Shown here piece after piece: positions 10,047-19,772 of a DNA stretch of 64,000 nt. The position numbers and the translations under genes are program-made. Numbering within the stretch: position 1 is the first letter of the stretch; every line of letters begins with the position of its first letter. Under the pieces are notes generated by a model. It was not told where the DNA came from, ran no database searches, and saw only the letters and a program-made list of their open reading frames with translations. Origin of the DNA: Ammoniphilus sp. YIM 78166 (lineage in GTDB: Bacteria > Bacillota > Bacilli > Aneurinibacillales > RAOX-1); assembly GCF_004522215.1 (NCBI RefSeq), contig NZ_SDLR01000005.1, positions 29,086 through 93,085 of the forward strand. Direction: 5' to 3'.

Positions 10047-10485
10047 AACCCTCCTCTAAATGGTGTAGTTATATTTTACCATTTTATACGAGTTAGCAGA
10101 GCATAGACTTACTCCTTTCTCCTCGTCTAGGATAGATCTCTCAATTAAAGAGAACCTCTTACTACTAAAACCAGTTCTTAATGGATACCAGTTCTTATCC
10201 AGAAACAGAACCTTTCCCCTGCGGAGAGGTTTTTTGTTTTTATGCTATAGCACCCCTCCCCTCTCCCCATTAAGGGGAATCACCTCAACCAAAACCAGTC
10301 TCCAGTCAAAACCGGTTTCGATTGACCACTCCTCTAATGGAGGTTATCGTAAAGTACTTTCTTGCTTTACTCAACAGAGGGACAGTCCCAGTGGCCTTGC
10401 ATGAATGTTACCAACTGGAACAAGTTCAAAAAATTTACATTTGCACTTTGTACTATATTGAAAAAAGGAGAGTAAGGTATCAAAA

Positions 10486-11811
10486 TGACCTTGTTCCCTT
10501 TTTTTTACTTTTATGAGGTTTTTAGTAATTCCCTATTTTGTTCTCATTCCTTCTCTTTGTTTTGTAAGTTAATTCTTTTACCAAAGCGACAGTTCCGAAC
10601 CATGGTTTTTCCTTTTCTAATGGTATAGGGACCTTTTGTCTTCCCTTTGATTTTTTCTTCTTTCTGTTAAGTTCGGTTAATAGCTTCTTACCAGGAAGAA
10701 ACAAATACGTTTGCAATATCCTAAAGAATACCCAAGGTGTTTCTGTCGACTTGGTGATCAATTTTAGGATAGTTGAGAGTCAGAAGGCGATAAGAGCTAG
10801 AAACATTTGATTCCAGATCCCTTGTGGCTTTGTACTCCAAATCTTGGTTAGCTTTAGATGTTGTTTCACCCATTTGAAGAATAATTCGATCATCCACCGA
10901 TTTCGATAAATCTCCATGATTTGTACGTCTGTAAGATCAAATCTTGTCGTTAGGATTCTAAAGGTTTGATCTTTTTCGTCCTTAAATTCAACATACCTTA
11001 CGGGTGTTTTAGATAAACCATACCTTACTTTGGCATCTTGTATAACAGATGGATGAGTAGTTGGATGGTTCTCTAATGTAATTAACCGAAGGTTTTTGGA
11101 GATTCGAACGACAAAGGAGATGTTCTTCCGCTGCCATTCCATGAGATTGTCTTTTGAAGGATACCCTCGATCCATGACATACGTGGCGTCCGCTTCTTCG
11201 ACGAGGAAACTTGAACTCTCATAGTCACTCACCGTTCCTGTGGAAGGAATGATCTTATCCGGGTAGGCTACGTCTGGTGAAACCACAACTAATCTTGTGT
11301 GTATTTTTACTGCATGATGGTCTTTTGAAATGTATGCCCAGTCGCAGAGTTGTTTTGGTAATCTAATTTCAGTAGAGTCCACAATATTCAGGCGACCAAT
11401 TCCACCTGGAAGTCCTTTCTTATCTTCTGTTAGCTGGTTTATGATGGCGACCACTCGAACAAAGAGCTTCTGAATCCACTCGGTGGGTAGTTCATTGATG
11501 CGCCGACATAATTGAGAGCCACTGATTTTTTCCATCCCAATCTCTTTACAAAGTTTAGGATAGGCTCTTAATTTTTCTTCCATATGTGCATAAGAACTCC
11601 ACTGATCTAATTGGGCAGCTACAAAAACTTTCAATAAAGACTTGGTCGTAAGCTTATACTTTCCATAATCTATTAAAGGGCAGTCAAAATCTTCTGTTGG
11701 GAGAAGGGATAAGCATTGACAAATGAGCATTTCTCGACCTATACTTTTACTATTCAATGGGAAAACTCCTTTGTAGAAGACTTGTTTGTTTAAGGGAACA
11801 AAACAAGGTCA
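10486..11811 (-). mobile_element. IS4-family insertion sequence (~1.3 kb) with imperfect terminal inverted repeats
   Basis: left end TGACCTTGTTCCCTT (10486-10500) vs right end reverse-complement TGACCTTGTTTTGTTCCCTT (11792-11811); encloses an IS4 transposase ORF. Confidence 0.5.
10780..11757 (-). CDS. IS4-family DDE transposase (possibly C-terminally frameshifted; downstream ORF 10522-10761 may be its tail)
   Basis: 325 aa; DRGY motif and YRNRWMIELFFKWVKQHLKL C-terminal signature typical of IS4 transposases; stops short of typical length. Confidence 0.8.
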   Translation of the reverse strand: MNSKSIGREMLICQCLSLLPTEDFDCPLIDYGKYKLTTKSLLKVFVAAQLDQWSSYAHMEEKLRAYPKLCKEIGMEKISGSQLCRRINELPTEWIQKLFVRVVAIINQLTEDKKGLPGGIGRLNIVDSTEIRLPKQLCDWAYISKDHHAVKIHTRLVVVSPDVAYPDKIIPSTGTVSDYESSSFLVEEADATYVMDRGYPSKDNLMEWQRKNISFVVRISKNLRLITLENHPTTHPSVIQDAKVRYGLSKTPVRYVEFKDEKDQTFRILTTRFDLTDVQIMEIYRNRWMIELFFKWVKQHLKLTKIWSTKPQGIWNQMFLALIAF

Positions 11812-11892
11812 ACAACTTCTACAATAGGAGTTTTTTTCTTGTGTGTAAATACTAGATTTTGAAAATATGGGATTTATTTAAAGTCGTGCAAG

Positions 11893-11939
11893 GCCACTGG
11901 GTCAGTCCCCTACCTGAGGGGGTATCCCCGAAGTGAGCA
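11893..11939 (+). repeat. three-hairpin repeat, copy R5 (3' half)
   Basis: gccactgggtcagtcccctacctgagggggtatccccgaagtgagca. Confidence 0.6.
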
Positions 11940-12192
11940 TAAGCACCAAACATACTTCTCTCATATTCCCCGGTCCGGCCCTCCTGATAGACAATGGCAT
12001 CACGGTAACGATGCATCGTGTTGATGTCATCTTCCTCCGGGCCCGGTGAATGATACCTTTCGTAATAGGGTGTCCCTTGGTAGGCCGGATTTAGCCTATA
12101 CTTGGCATCGAAAACATATTTATATACCACATCTGAATCTTGTTTTTTCAGTGTGAAAACATTGTCTGGCCTCTGAGGAAGCGTAGGAAAGT
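11940..12192 (-). pseudogene. duplicated internal fragment (~250 bp, ~90% identical) of the McrC-like gene (matches 18043-18295)
   Basis: ORF 11852-12130 encodes VYKYVFDAKYRLNPAYQGTPYYERYHSPGPEEDDINTMHRYRDAIVYQEGR..., nearly identical to residues of the 825-aa ORF; fragment is exactly bounded by repeat copies R5 and R6. Confidence 0.65.
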
Positions 12193-12275
12193 GTTCGCCA
12201 ACGGCAAAGCGCTCCGCGCTTTACCTTGTAAAAGGGGCCAGTCCCCTACCTGAGGGGGTATCCCCGAAGTGAGCA
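12191..12275 (+). repeat. three-hairpin repeat, copy R6 (full)
   Basis: gtgttcgccaacggcaaagcgctccgcgctttaccttgtaaaaggggccagtcccctacctgagggggtatccccgaagtgagca; hairpins aaagcgc-tcc-gcgcttt / agggg-ccagt-cccct / gggg-tat-cccc. Confidence 0.85.
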
Positions 12276-12429
12276 CTGATTTGGCACAAGGTTATAACAA
12301 TTATTCACTTAAAGTCCAATAGAAGAAATTAGCTATCCTTAATGGATAGCTAATTCTTTGATAGGAACAATTTTTGCTATTTGGTAACGATTATTCGATA
12401 AGCTGGGCTGAACATCGCAGTTCTTTTGT

Positions 12430-13782
12430 TCAGCTATTCCCCAAGAATTCTAGGTACTCAATATTGTAGTAATCTAACATTACCTTCCAATTTGCTTTCT
12501 TGTACCCACGGGCAACAGGATCATAGTTCTCATCAACATAAATTAGCCTAAATTTACGATTATCCTCTATTTGCTCACCGTTATAATCGAATACTAGCTT
12601 TGTTTCAATTTCACTTATAGCAGGTGCGTTATCTGTTACGTTTACCAACTCGTAACTAACTAATTTTTTATCTTTAAATATTTCGCGCAACCTACCTGCT
12701 AACTTACCTACTGTTAAATCCTTATCATAATTCGTAGTCATATTGGCAAGATTGCCATAATTGCCAGCTCCTATATAACTAAGATATTGCATAACGGATT
12801 TTTCAGGAGTATCGTCACCGTATTCAGTTAAACTACCGTTGGCAGGTATATCTTTCCCTACTGTTATTTTACGGGGTTTCCAGTCTTCCATAAACTCCCT
12901 TTGCCGTCTACTTTCTTCCCATAACTCCAACGATTTTGCTAACTGTTCGGTTGTTTCTTCTATTGTAGGCGGTTTATATTCTTTCGTAATACCTTTTTTC
13001 CCCTCTTTTATACTTCTAGCCCAATCCGCTAAAGATAACAACGTAGCTAATGCTTTTGCGGAAACTTGAATGTTGCCGTAGCCTAAATCTCTCCCGTGTA
13101 ATATACCGTTTCTATAAGGTAAAGTAATTTCTTCATTTGTAGTTTTTTTTCGGCTCTTACCGAATATTTTTGCTACTGTACCTATCCCACTTTCGTGAGC
13201 TGCGATTGTATCCCAAACGTTAAGGTCTACCTTTTCTGCAAAGAAACCATAACTTTCAAATTCGTTAACAAAGCCATCTATAAGCATTAAAAATAGCGGT
13301 ACACTTGCGTAGTATCTACCACTAAAATGATCGTCTAATGCGTTTATGAGTAAATCTCTGCGTGGTTTAAATTCTTCGATATTCTTTAGGCGAGCTGCAA
13401 GGAAGTTAACATTTTCCCTCTCCGTAAAAAAGCCAATCAATTCCCGTTCAGCATCATCTGGTTTTCCTTCTTCAGCAAGTTTTACGCACTTTTTCATTAA
13501 CTCATGGTTAAGTGTTTCAAACGCTATCCAGCCTTTTTTAGTGAAGAAATGATTAAACCTATCAACTGTATGAGTAAGTTCCTTAAACTTTTTACTTAAA
13601 GTCGGTACATCCTTAAATAACTCTTGGTTAACGGAAGTACCTAAACCAAATTGTTCAGCAATCGCAAACAATTCTTGTAAACCTTGCATTCCTCTAATGT
13701 TTGTTTCCATCTCTTTAATACTATAGTTATCTTTAATTCTTGGTTTATTATTATTCTTTTTTTTATGTTTCTTTTTGGCCAA
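12430..13782 (-). CDS. hypothetical protein (450 aa), Lys-rich N-terminus; last gene of AT-rich three-gene island
   Basis: long ORF in markedly AT-rich DNA (contrast with flanking ~45% GC); no recognisable family motif. Confidence 0.55.
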   Translation of the reverse strand: MAKKKHKKKNNNKPRIKDNYSIKEMETNIRGMQGLQELFAIAEQFGLGTSVNQELFKDVPTLSKKFKELTHTVDRFNHFFTKKGWIAFETLNHELMKKCVKLAEEGKPDDAERELIGFFTERENVNFLAARLKNIEEFKPRRDLLINALDDHFSGRYYASVPLFLMLIDGFVNEFESYGFFAEKVDLNVWDTIAAHESGIGTVAKIFGKSRKKTTNEEITLPYRNGILHGRDLGYGNIQVSAKALATLLSLADWARSIKEGKKGITKEYKPPTIEETTEQLAKSLELWEESRRQREFMEDWKPRKITVGKDIPANGSLTEYGDDTPEKSVMQYLSYIGAGNYGNLANMTTNYDKDLTVGKLAGRLREIFKDKKLVSYELVNVTDNAPAISEIETKLVFDYNGEQIEDNRKFRLIYVDENYDPVARGYKKANWKVMLDYYNIEYLEFLGNS

Positions 13783-13983
13783 TACACTTCCCCCTCAGAT
13801 ATTCCTTGTATATCTTACAAATTATAACAATTTATTTATTTCCCTTCAATTTTTTAGACAAATAAAAAGACTGCCAGTAGGTTATTTTTTTGTCTAAAAT
13901 CAACTTTAAGTAAAGCTCTATTTAATCCATCACTTCAATAAAAGCAAAAAGAGAAGCAGTATCTCTAGCTCCTCCATGTCTAT

Positions 13984-14697
13984 CTATATAGGCCCGATCT
14001 TTGGAAATGTTAAACTGTTGATTATTTTATAATGCCAATATAAATATTCCTTAATATATCCTAAAATGTAAGAATGTTTTATAAAAATATGATTTATTTT
14101 CCCAGAATAATAATCATCCCAAAAACGAGAAGTATATTTGTGATCTGAATGTTGTAAAATTCCATTATATAAATAGTCAAATTCACTATTTTCAAGTAAG
14201 AATCTAATGGATTTATTTCGTTCATCCAAATATCTTACGAACTCTTGGGTAATGTCTCCTTCCTTTTCGTGCAATACAGTAACTTTCAGTCCAATTGAAG
14301 CATCATTATTAATTAATTTCTCCCTGCATAACTTATGAATCCTTGTATAATATATTGAATCTCTTTGGTTAGCAATAATTGATCTATACTCATTTATTAC
14401 ATGTCTTACAGACTCCATATTTCCAATATAATACTTCCCATTATGTTCAAGTATTTCTACCCGTTCTAGAATGGGTAAATATTCATATTTAAGTACAAAA
14501 CAGACTGATTGCGCCATTTCAAAATCATCTAAAATATCCTTATCTGCTTTCTGTTCAAAACGAAAAGAAATATTCCCTGTTAATTTTGTTTTTTGAAAAA
14601 CTGCAGCCTTTTGTATTATGTTATCCACATCTAATTCGGTCTCAATTATCCTTTTTTCTACATCTTGAGGTAATACTATGCTTTCCCCTGAATCCAT
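13984..14697 (-). CDS. hypothetical protein (237 aa); middle gene of AT-rich island
   Basis: ORF co-directional with flanking island genes; no recognisable motifs. Confidence 0.5.
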   Translation of the reverse strand: MDSGESIVLPQDVEKRIIETELDVDNIIQKAAVFQKTKLTGNISFRFEQKADKDILDDFEMAQSVCFVLKYEYLPILERVEILEHNGKYYIGNMESVRHVINEYRSIIANQRDSIYYTRIHKLCREKLINNDASIGLKVTVLHEKEGDITQEFVRYLDERNKSIRFLLENSEFDYLYNGILQHSDHKYTSRFWDDYYSGKINHIFIKHSYILGYIKEYLYWHYKIINSLTFPKIGPI

Positions 14698-14867
14698 TAA
14701 GTTAGCTCCTTCTTCACAAATTCCATTTCATTATAAGGGCTATTCCAGTAATATTTTATATATAATTTCTTTGTTAATAATAATCTCAACTTTTTGCTTT
14801 ACCATCACTTGTGGTACGGTTCACCGTAACTTATGTAAATGAGGTTTTATCTTCTTAACATTTAAAA

Positions 14868-16742
14868 TTAATCACAGCAATTGTGTTTCTTCTCAGTCGT
14901 CAGATCGCCATCGATGAATCCCTGACATTCTAAACAACGAGGAACAACTGATATAAATTCTTCATAATTTTCCCGAATGTTTTGTTCTTTCTTCGTTAAA
15001 TATTTTCTCTTTCCAAAATCCAAATATGAGAACTCGCTTTCTATCTCTTCAAAATTATTTGATGTACATGCTAAAAGTAAATATTGATAATATTTAGCTA
15101 TTTCTTCATACGCTCTTTTAGCTTGGCGTTTTTTTCTTGCTATTACTTGAATGTGTCCTTCGTTCTCTACTAAATATTCCTCAAAAATCTTTCTGTTTTC
15201 AATAAAAAGGCGATTTAAATTTTCATCTTCATTTAACAATAATGAAAATCTAATAAACCCATAAAAAGAATTCGTTTTATGCTTTTTAGTTGCTCCATAA
15301 AAATAAATTTTTTGTGAAATATTAAGATAATCTTGAACATATTTTAAAAGTCCTAATACTTTATCTGTTAAACTAAGTACATCAAGTTTTTCTCCATTAT
15401 CAATTATTTTCACTACATTATATATTTTAGATATCACAAAATCTTCATTTATTGAACCTGCTAAAGGATAATTATTTAACTCATAAGATAAAAATGGTTT
15501 AAAGAAACGATTAAATATTTCTTTAGTTTTTTCATTTTGACTATTGGAAATTTGGCCTAAACCATGCCCCAGAATCGCCCTACTTAAAATTGAAGTTGGT
15601 AGTTGATCATTCTCAATCAGCTCTTTTTCGTCTTCAGTAATTACTACCCCTTGTTCATTTATCCTAATAAACGATTCTTTTACCTTACTATAATCCCCCG
15701 TAACCCATTGAACAGCAATAGACCTCTTAGCAATTATTTGTTTTTCGGCTTTATACTTCTCGTCTCTAGAACGTTTAATTTCTTCATAACTGCCAATTTT
15801 ATTATTAATATATTCCTCAATAGCAGTATGATTACTATCATTCAGTTCATTTTCTTTACCATAATCTGAGTTTACCCAAGCTATTAATGAACTAATTCTA
15901 TGTGCTCCATCTATAACATATATAGAACCATCTAAGTCTTCCCATAAAATAATAGCTGGAATTAATCCGTCATCTAAAAATGTTAAAATTAGCTTTTCTA
16001 ATCTTTCTACAGTCCATTGATTTGTATCTCGTTGAAAAATTGGCTTTCGCAACTGTTCATAAAAAAACTGACCTTTCTCTAATTCTGTTAAATTAAAACT
16101 ACTTCTTCTATCTGATTGAGAAATAGAACTGTTATTATTATCTTCAACATTACTTCTCGGTATTAGGTGCTCTAAATTACACTTTATATTTGTTTTAAAC
16201 ATTTTTTTCCTCACTTCAAAGTATAAGATTTTTTTAAATTGATCTTCTGTAATTTTTTTTTCTAAATATAATATTTGTGCATCTTGAACAATTAAAATAT
16301 TATAAATATACATATTTGCTAATTTATCTATAAAATCTATAAATAAATTTAAAGCAGTTCTCTTATTACCATCTTCGAATGCATGGATATTATGATGAGA
16401 TATAAATAGATTTACAATAAATTCAAGTTCAGAATCAAAATATACTTTTTTAGCAAAAGATGACTCATAGGAATTTCTTTCAGCAAAGATACCTGGCTTA
16501 AAATCCGAATGTTTAATATTAATTATTTGTGCATGTAGTACATATTCATCTATCTGTTCCTGGGTTATACCAAGTTCAACCGGAGTGTAATTATGTACTA
16601 TATTATTTTCAAATACAATTTTAGAGATTTCCACAGAATGCTTAACTTGATACTCGCCACCATCATAGTCCCTTAGATTTTTATATGCTATTTTTTCTAA
16701 AGGCGATATTGCACGGTTTGTAATAATAATTTTTTTATCCAA
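14868..16742 (-). CDS. Doc/Fic-domain - ParB/DndB-like (DGxHR) nuclease-domain fusion protein with C-terminal Cys-rich motif (624 aa)
   Basis: Fic/Doc motif HAFEDGNKRTALNLF (consensus HxFx[DE]GN[GK]R) at ~aa 120; ParB/Srx-superfamily motif YVIDGAHRISSL (DGxHR as in ParB, DndB, DUF262) at ~aa 275; C-terminal CLECQGF...HNCCD; AT-rich. Confidence 0.7.
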   Translation of the reverse strand: MDKKIIITNRAISPLEKIAYKNLRDYDGGEYQVKHSVEISKIVFENNIVHNYTPVELGITQEQIDEYVLHAQIINIKHSDFKPGIFAERNSYESSFAKKVYFDSELEFIVNLFISHHNIHAFEDGNKRTALNLFIDFIDKLANMYIYNILIVQDAQILYLEKKITEDQFKKILYFEVRKKMFKTNIKCNLEHLIPRSNVEDNNNSSISQSDRRSSFNLTELEKGQFFYEQLRKPIFQRDTNQWTVERLEKLILTFLDDGLIPAIILWEDLDGSIYVIDGAHRISSLIAWVNSDYGKENELNDSNHTAIEEYINNKIGSYEEIKRSRDEKYKAEKQIIAKRSIAVQWVTGDYSKVKESFIRINEQGVVITEDEKELIENDQLPTSILSRAILGHGLGQISNSQNEKTKEIFNRFFKPFLSYELNNYPLAGSINEDFVISKIYNVVKIIDNGEKLDVLSLTDKVLGLLKYVQDYLNISQKIYFYGATKKHKTNSFYGFIRFSLLLNEDENLNRLFIENRKIFEEYLVENEGHIQVIARKKRQAKRAYEEIAKYYQYLLLACTSNNFEEIESEFSYLDFGKRKYLTKKEQNIRENYEEFISVVPRCLECQGFIDGDLTTEKKHNCCD

Positions 16743-17294
16743 TTCACACCAATCCCATCAAAAAATATATCTATTGTTAATTCACTTAAACTTTCCTATA
16801 TAGAAAATGCTTCCATTATGATTTATTTTAACAAAACTCAGATATTTTTTCGATTGTTTACTTTTATAGATAACTCATTTAAACAAATATAATTATTAAT
16901 GATTTGGAATGTTGGATTCTTTGCCTGTTTAAAAAGTAGGGCAAATCTAAAAAACCTATAAACAATAAGATATTATTGAGATGATGTACAATAGACAGAG
17001 GAAGTTACAAAGATATCTAATAAATCCATTCGATTAATAATTGAAGATACTATATTAATTATTGTGTAATTGCAACCATAAAAAGAAGATAGAGAAATAT
17101 TAATAACAATTTAAATAAGAAAATTATGATTAAGAAACAACTTTTGGTTCTAAAGAAGGTTTCATAATGTCTTGGAAATTAAGCGATACTAAAATAATCG
17201 ATAAAAAACAGGCTGTGTCTTTAACCAAAGACACAGCTCTTTTAAACCTCATTTACTTATGGTACGGTTCTCCCCTATTAATCCTTAATCTATC

Positions 17295-19772
17295 TCAATC
17301 CACCACATTAACCCTCAACACCCTCCCCGCCAAATCCACTTCCTCCCGATCCAACTCCACCTTCACCTTCCCTCGTCTTCTCTTCTCCCGCCATTCTATT
17401 AAATCTTCTTCCGTTTCTAACCTTAACTCCGCAATCTCCCTTGCACGGTCTAGCATATACTTCGATGTTAAGAGAAACGTGTACACACCATATCCCCCTA
17501 ACTCAATCGGCTCTTTTCTCTCTTCCCACTTACCAATAGTAAATCGAACATAGAGTTCACCATCTGTTCCCCTTCTCGCCGGTCTTTCATAGATCTCCCC
17601 ACGACGAACCACCTGCCAACTCTCTACTCTCCCCACCCTATGAATACCAGAATTTTGTTCACCAAATAAACGTCTCGATTGACACAACCCAATAAACTCA
17701 AGATTGCTTAGCATATGCTGCTTGTCCATTAGATTCTTGAGAGGCATATAATAGATTCGATTGTCTAAACAGATACCAAGTTGTTCCTTATCTCGCAATG
17801 ACCCAATCAACACGTTCTTCCCACTTAATTTATCCTGGTAGTACTCCTTCGTTCCACGAGGTCTTGTCGCTCTCTCATAGGCTTTTTCAGGACTATCTAA
17901 GATCAGCTCATCTAGAAACCGTTCCATTAGCCTAGTTGAGTTTGGTAGGAATGGTAACGCTCCGATGTTTACCTTCTTTATACTTCCATAGAATTGATGT
18001 TCCTCAAATTTTTCTTCATCAGGATAAGGAAACAAGACATACGCACCAAACATACTTCTCTCATACTCCCCGGATCGCCCCTCCTGATAGACGATGGCAT
18101 CCCGGTAGCGATGCATGGTGTTGATGTCATCTTCCTCTGGGCCCGGTGACTGATATCGTTCAAAGTATGGCGTCCCTTGGTAGGCAGGGTTTAATCGATA
18201 CTTGGCATCGAAGACATATTTATATACCACATCTGAATCTTGTTTTTTCAGTGTGAGTACATTGTCTGGCCTCTGAGGAAGCGTAGGAAAGTCTCGACTA
18301 TCTTCGGACGGCAGGGCATTATAAAACAGAGTAAAGGTCTCTCCATTATGAGGATTTCGGTAGGTAACGCTAGCTTTTTTCGATTTATCTAAGGTAATAA
18401 ATAAACCATGGCGGTGAACCCGAATGATGTCCTGCTTCAACAACTCATATTTTTCCTTTAATAAACTATGAATCTTCAGGAAGCACCAATATTCATATAA
18501 CTGAGCAATATCCTTCATGGACAAGCGGAATAAGTCCCCTTGAATAGACAGACCCTTCATCAAGATCAAGTAACTCCGATAAATATCTCGATAGCCGGGT
18601 GCCATTTGTAATACAAGGGTAACTGACATCTGCTTCATCTCACCTAAATCCGAAAGAAAGTCAAACCGTAATAGCCTTCGAATTTGTCCTCGCATCTGTT
18701 CAATTTGATTATGTAAAAGGGGATCCTGGGTTCGATGCTTATCGTTGAGCCGCTGCTGGATTTGTTTCAATTTCATCTCTATTCTCTCAAGTACCCATCG
18801 TACAAAACGATTCTCGTGGGTGTCGAAGTCTATCCTTCTTTTCATCTCGATCAACTTGGTTGGAGAATAGCCTTGTCCATTGATATTGAACAATCCATAT
18901 TGTTGATTCGGAACAAGTAAATGAGGCTTCTTAGCCAGTGCTGCTACATTTTCTTTTCCTGCCCGTTTTACACGATCGGCCCCCACCCATCTTGTTTCAG
19001 AAGCTAACCGATGATGGGGCGCTATTTGAAGTCTCTCAACTGAATGGACCAATTGTTGAAAGAGCTGCTTTAAGATAGCCAGAAACTCAGTTAAACTTTG
19101 GTTTCTAGTTTCCTTCAAGCCAGTTAGTTGATAGGTTTTTCGAAGAAAATCAAAGGACAAGTTATAGATCTGCTCATTAACGTCTTGGAGGATTAATTGG
19201 TAGTCCTTCTTATAATCCATCTTGGAAGGGAATATTTCCAATCGGATTTCAAGGGCTCTTTGGCCTTCCACAAGGATGATGAGCTCCGTATAACCGACTT
19301 CATTTTGAAAATTTAGGACTCCGGTGAGAAGGTCTTTTCCCAAGGGTTTGATCGCTTGACGCAGCAGCACATTGTCATGGTGGAAACCAATGAGTTTCTC
19401 ACTCTTACGTTGGATAACGAGCTGATAGGATTGATTTTCATAAAAGCACGGGAGGATTCTCTCATCACCAAGTTCTACTAATTGATAATGAATAGGAGAG
19501 AAAAGCTGGATCCTCTCTAGCTCAATGGGATAACCAGCCTTAACTACTTCGCATCTCGCCTCCACCCATTCCTGCGCTTTATCACGATGAAGCTGTAACG
19601 ACTCAACGGTTGGATGAAACGGCTTGCCTTGGATGTACAAATCAAAGAGATTTGTTTCGATCTTCAGGAGCTCGGTTTCCTGTTTAAGATAGCCAGAATG
19701 AAGTGAATCCATCTTCCTCAAACCTCCGAAGCATATAGGCGATTTTTCGGGCACTAAGCGGAAACGGAGCAT
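17295..19772 (-). CDS. McrC-like type IV restriction endonuclease subunit (DUF2357-like region plus PD-(D/E)xK nuclease, extra C-terminal domain)
   Basis: 825 aa; D...DAKYR (PD-(D/E)xK-like) motif in VYKYVFDAKYRLNP; overlaps/abuts McrB-like GTPase gene, the conserved McrBC arrangement; true start may be internal Met (19712) given 89-nt overlap. Confidence 0.65.
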   Translation of the reverse strand: MLRFRLVPEKSPICFGGLRKMDSLHSGYLKQETELLKIETNLFDLYIQGKPFHPTVESLQLHRDKAQEWVEARCEVVKAGYPIELERIQLFSPIHYQLVELGDERILPCFYENQSYQLVIQRKSEKLIGFHHDNVLLRQAIKPLGKDLLTGVLNFQNEVGYTELIILVEGQRALEIRLEIFPSKMDYKKDYQLILQDVNEQIYNLSFDFLRKTYQLTGLKETRNQSLTEFLAILKQLFQQLVHSVERLQIAPHHRLASETRWVGADRVKRAGKENVAALAKKPHLLVPNQQYGLFNINGQGYSPTKLIEMKRRIDFDTHENRFVRWVLERIEMKLKQIQQRLNDKHRTQDPLLHNQIEQMRGQIRRLLRFDFLSDLGEMKQMSVTLVLQMAPGYRDIYRSYLILMKGLSIQGDLFRLSMKDIAQLYEYWCFLKIHSLLKEKYELLKQDIIRVHRHGLFITLDKSKKASVTYRNPHNGETFTLFYNALPSEDSRDFPTLPQRPDNVLTLKKQDSDVVYKYVFDAKYRLNPAYQGTPYFERYQSPGPEEDDINTMHRYRDAIVYQEGRSGEYERSMFGAYVLFPYPDEEKFEEHQFYGSIKKVNIGALPFLPNSTRLMERFLDELILDSPEKAYERATRPRGTKEYYQDKLSGKNVLIGSLRDKEQLGICLDNRIYYMPLKNLMDKQHMLSNLEFIGLCQSRRLFGEQNSGIHRVGRVESWQVVRRGEIYERPARRGTDGELYVRFTIGKWEERKEPIELGGYGVYTFLLTSKYMLDRAREIAELRLETEEDLIEWREKRRRGKVKVELDREEVDLAGRVLRVNVVD

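Noticed and set aside
10200-10240. Possible rho-independent terminator (cccctgcggagagg followed by TTTTTTGTTTTT)
   Set aside because: No convincing stem could be formed upstream of the U-tract.
15603-15869. 88-aa + strand ORF inside the Fic-ParB fusion gene
   Set aside because: It is an antisense shadow ORF in AT-rich DNA, with low-complexity Phe/Ile-rich translation.
17167-17553. 128-aa + strand ORF overlapping the McrC-like 3' end
   Set aside because: It is antisense to a well-supported long ORF, with a Ser/Leu-rich low-complexity product.
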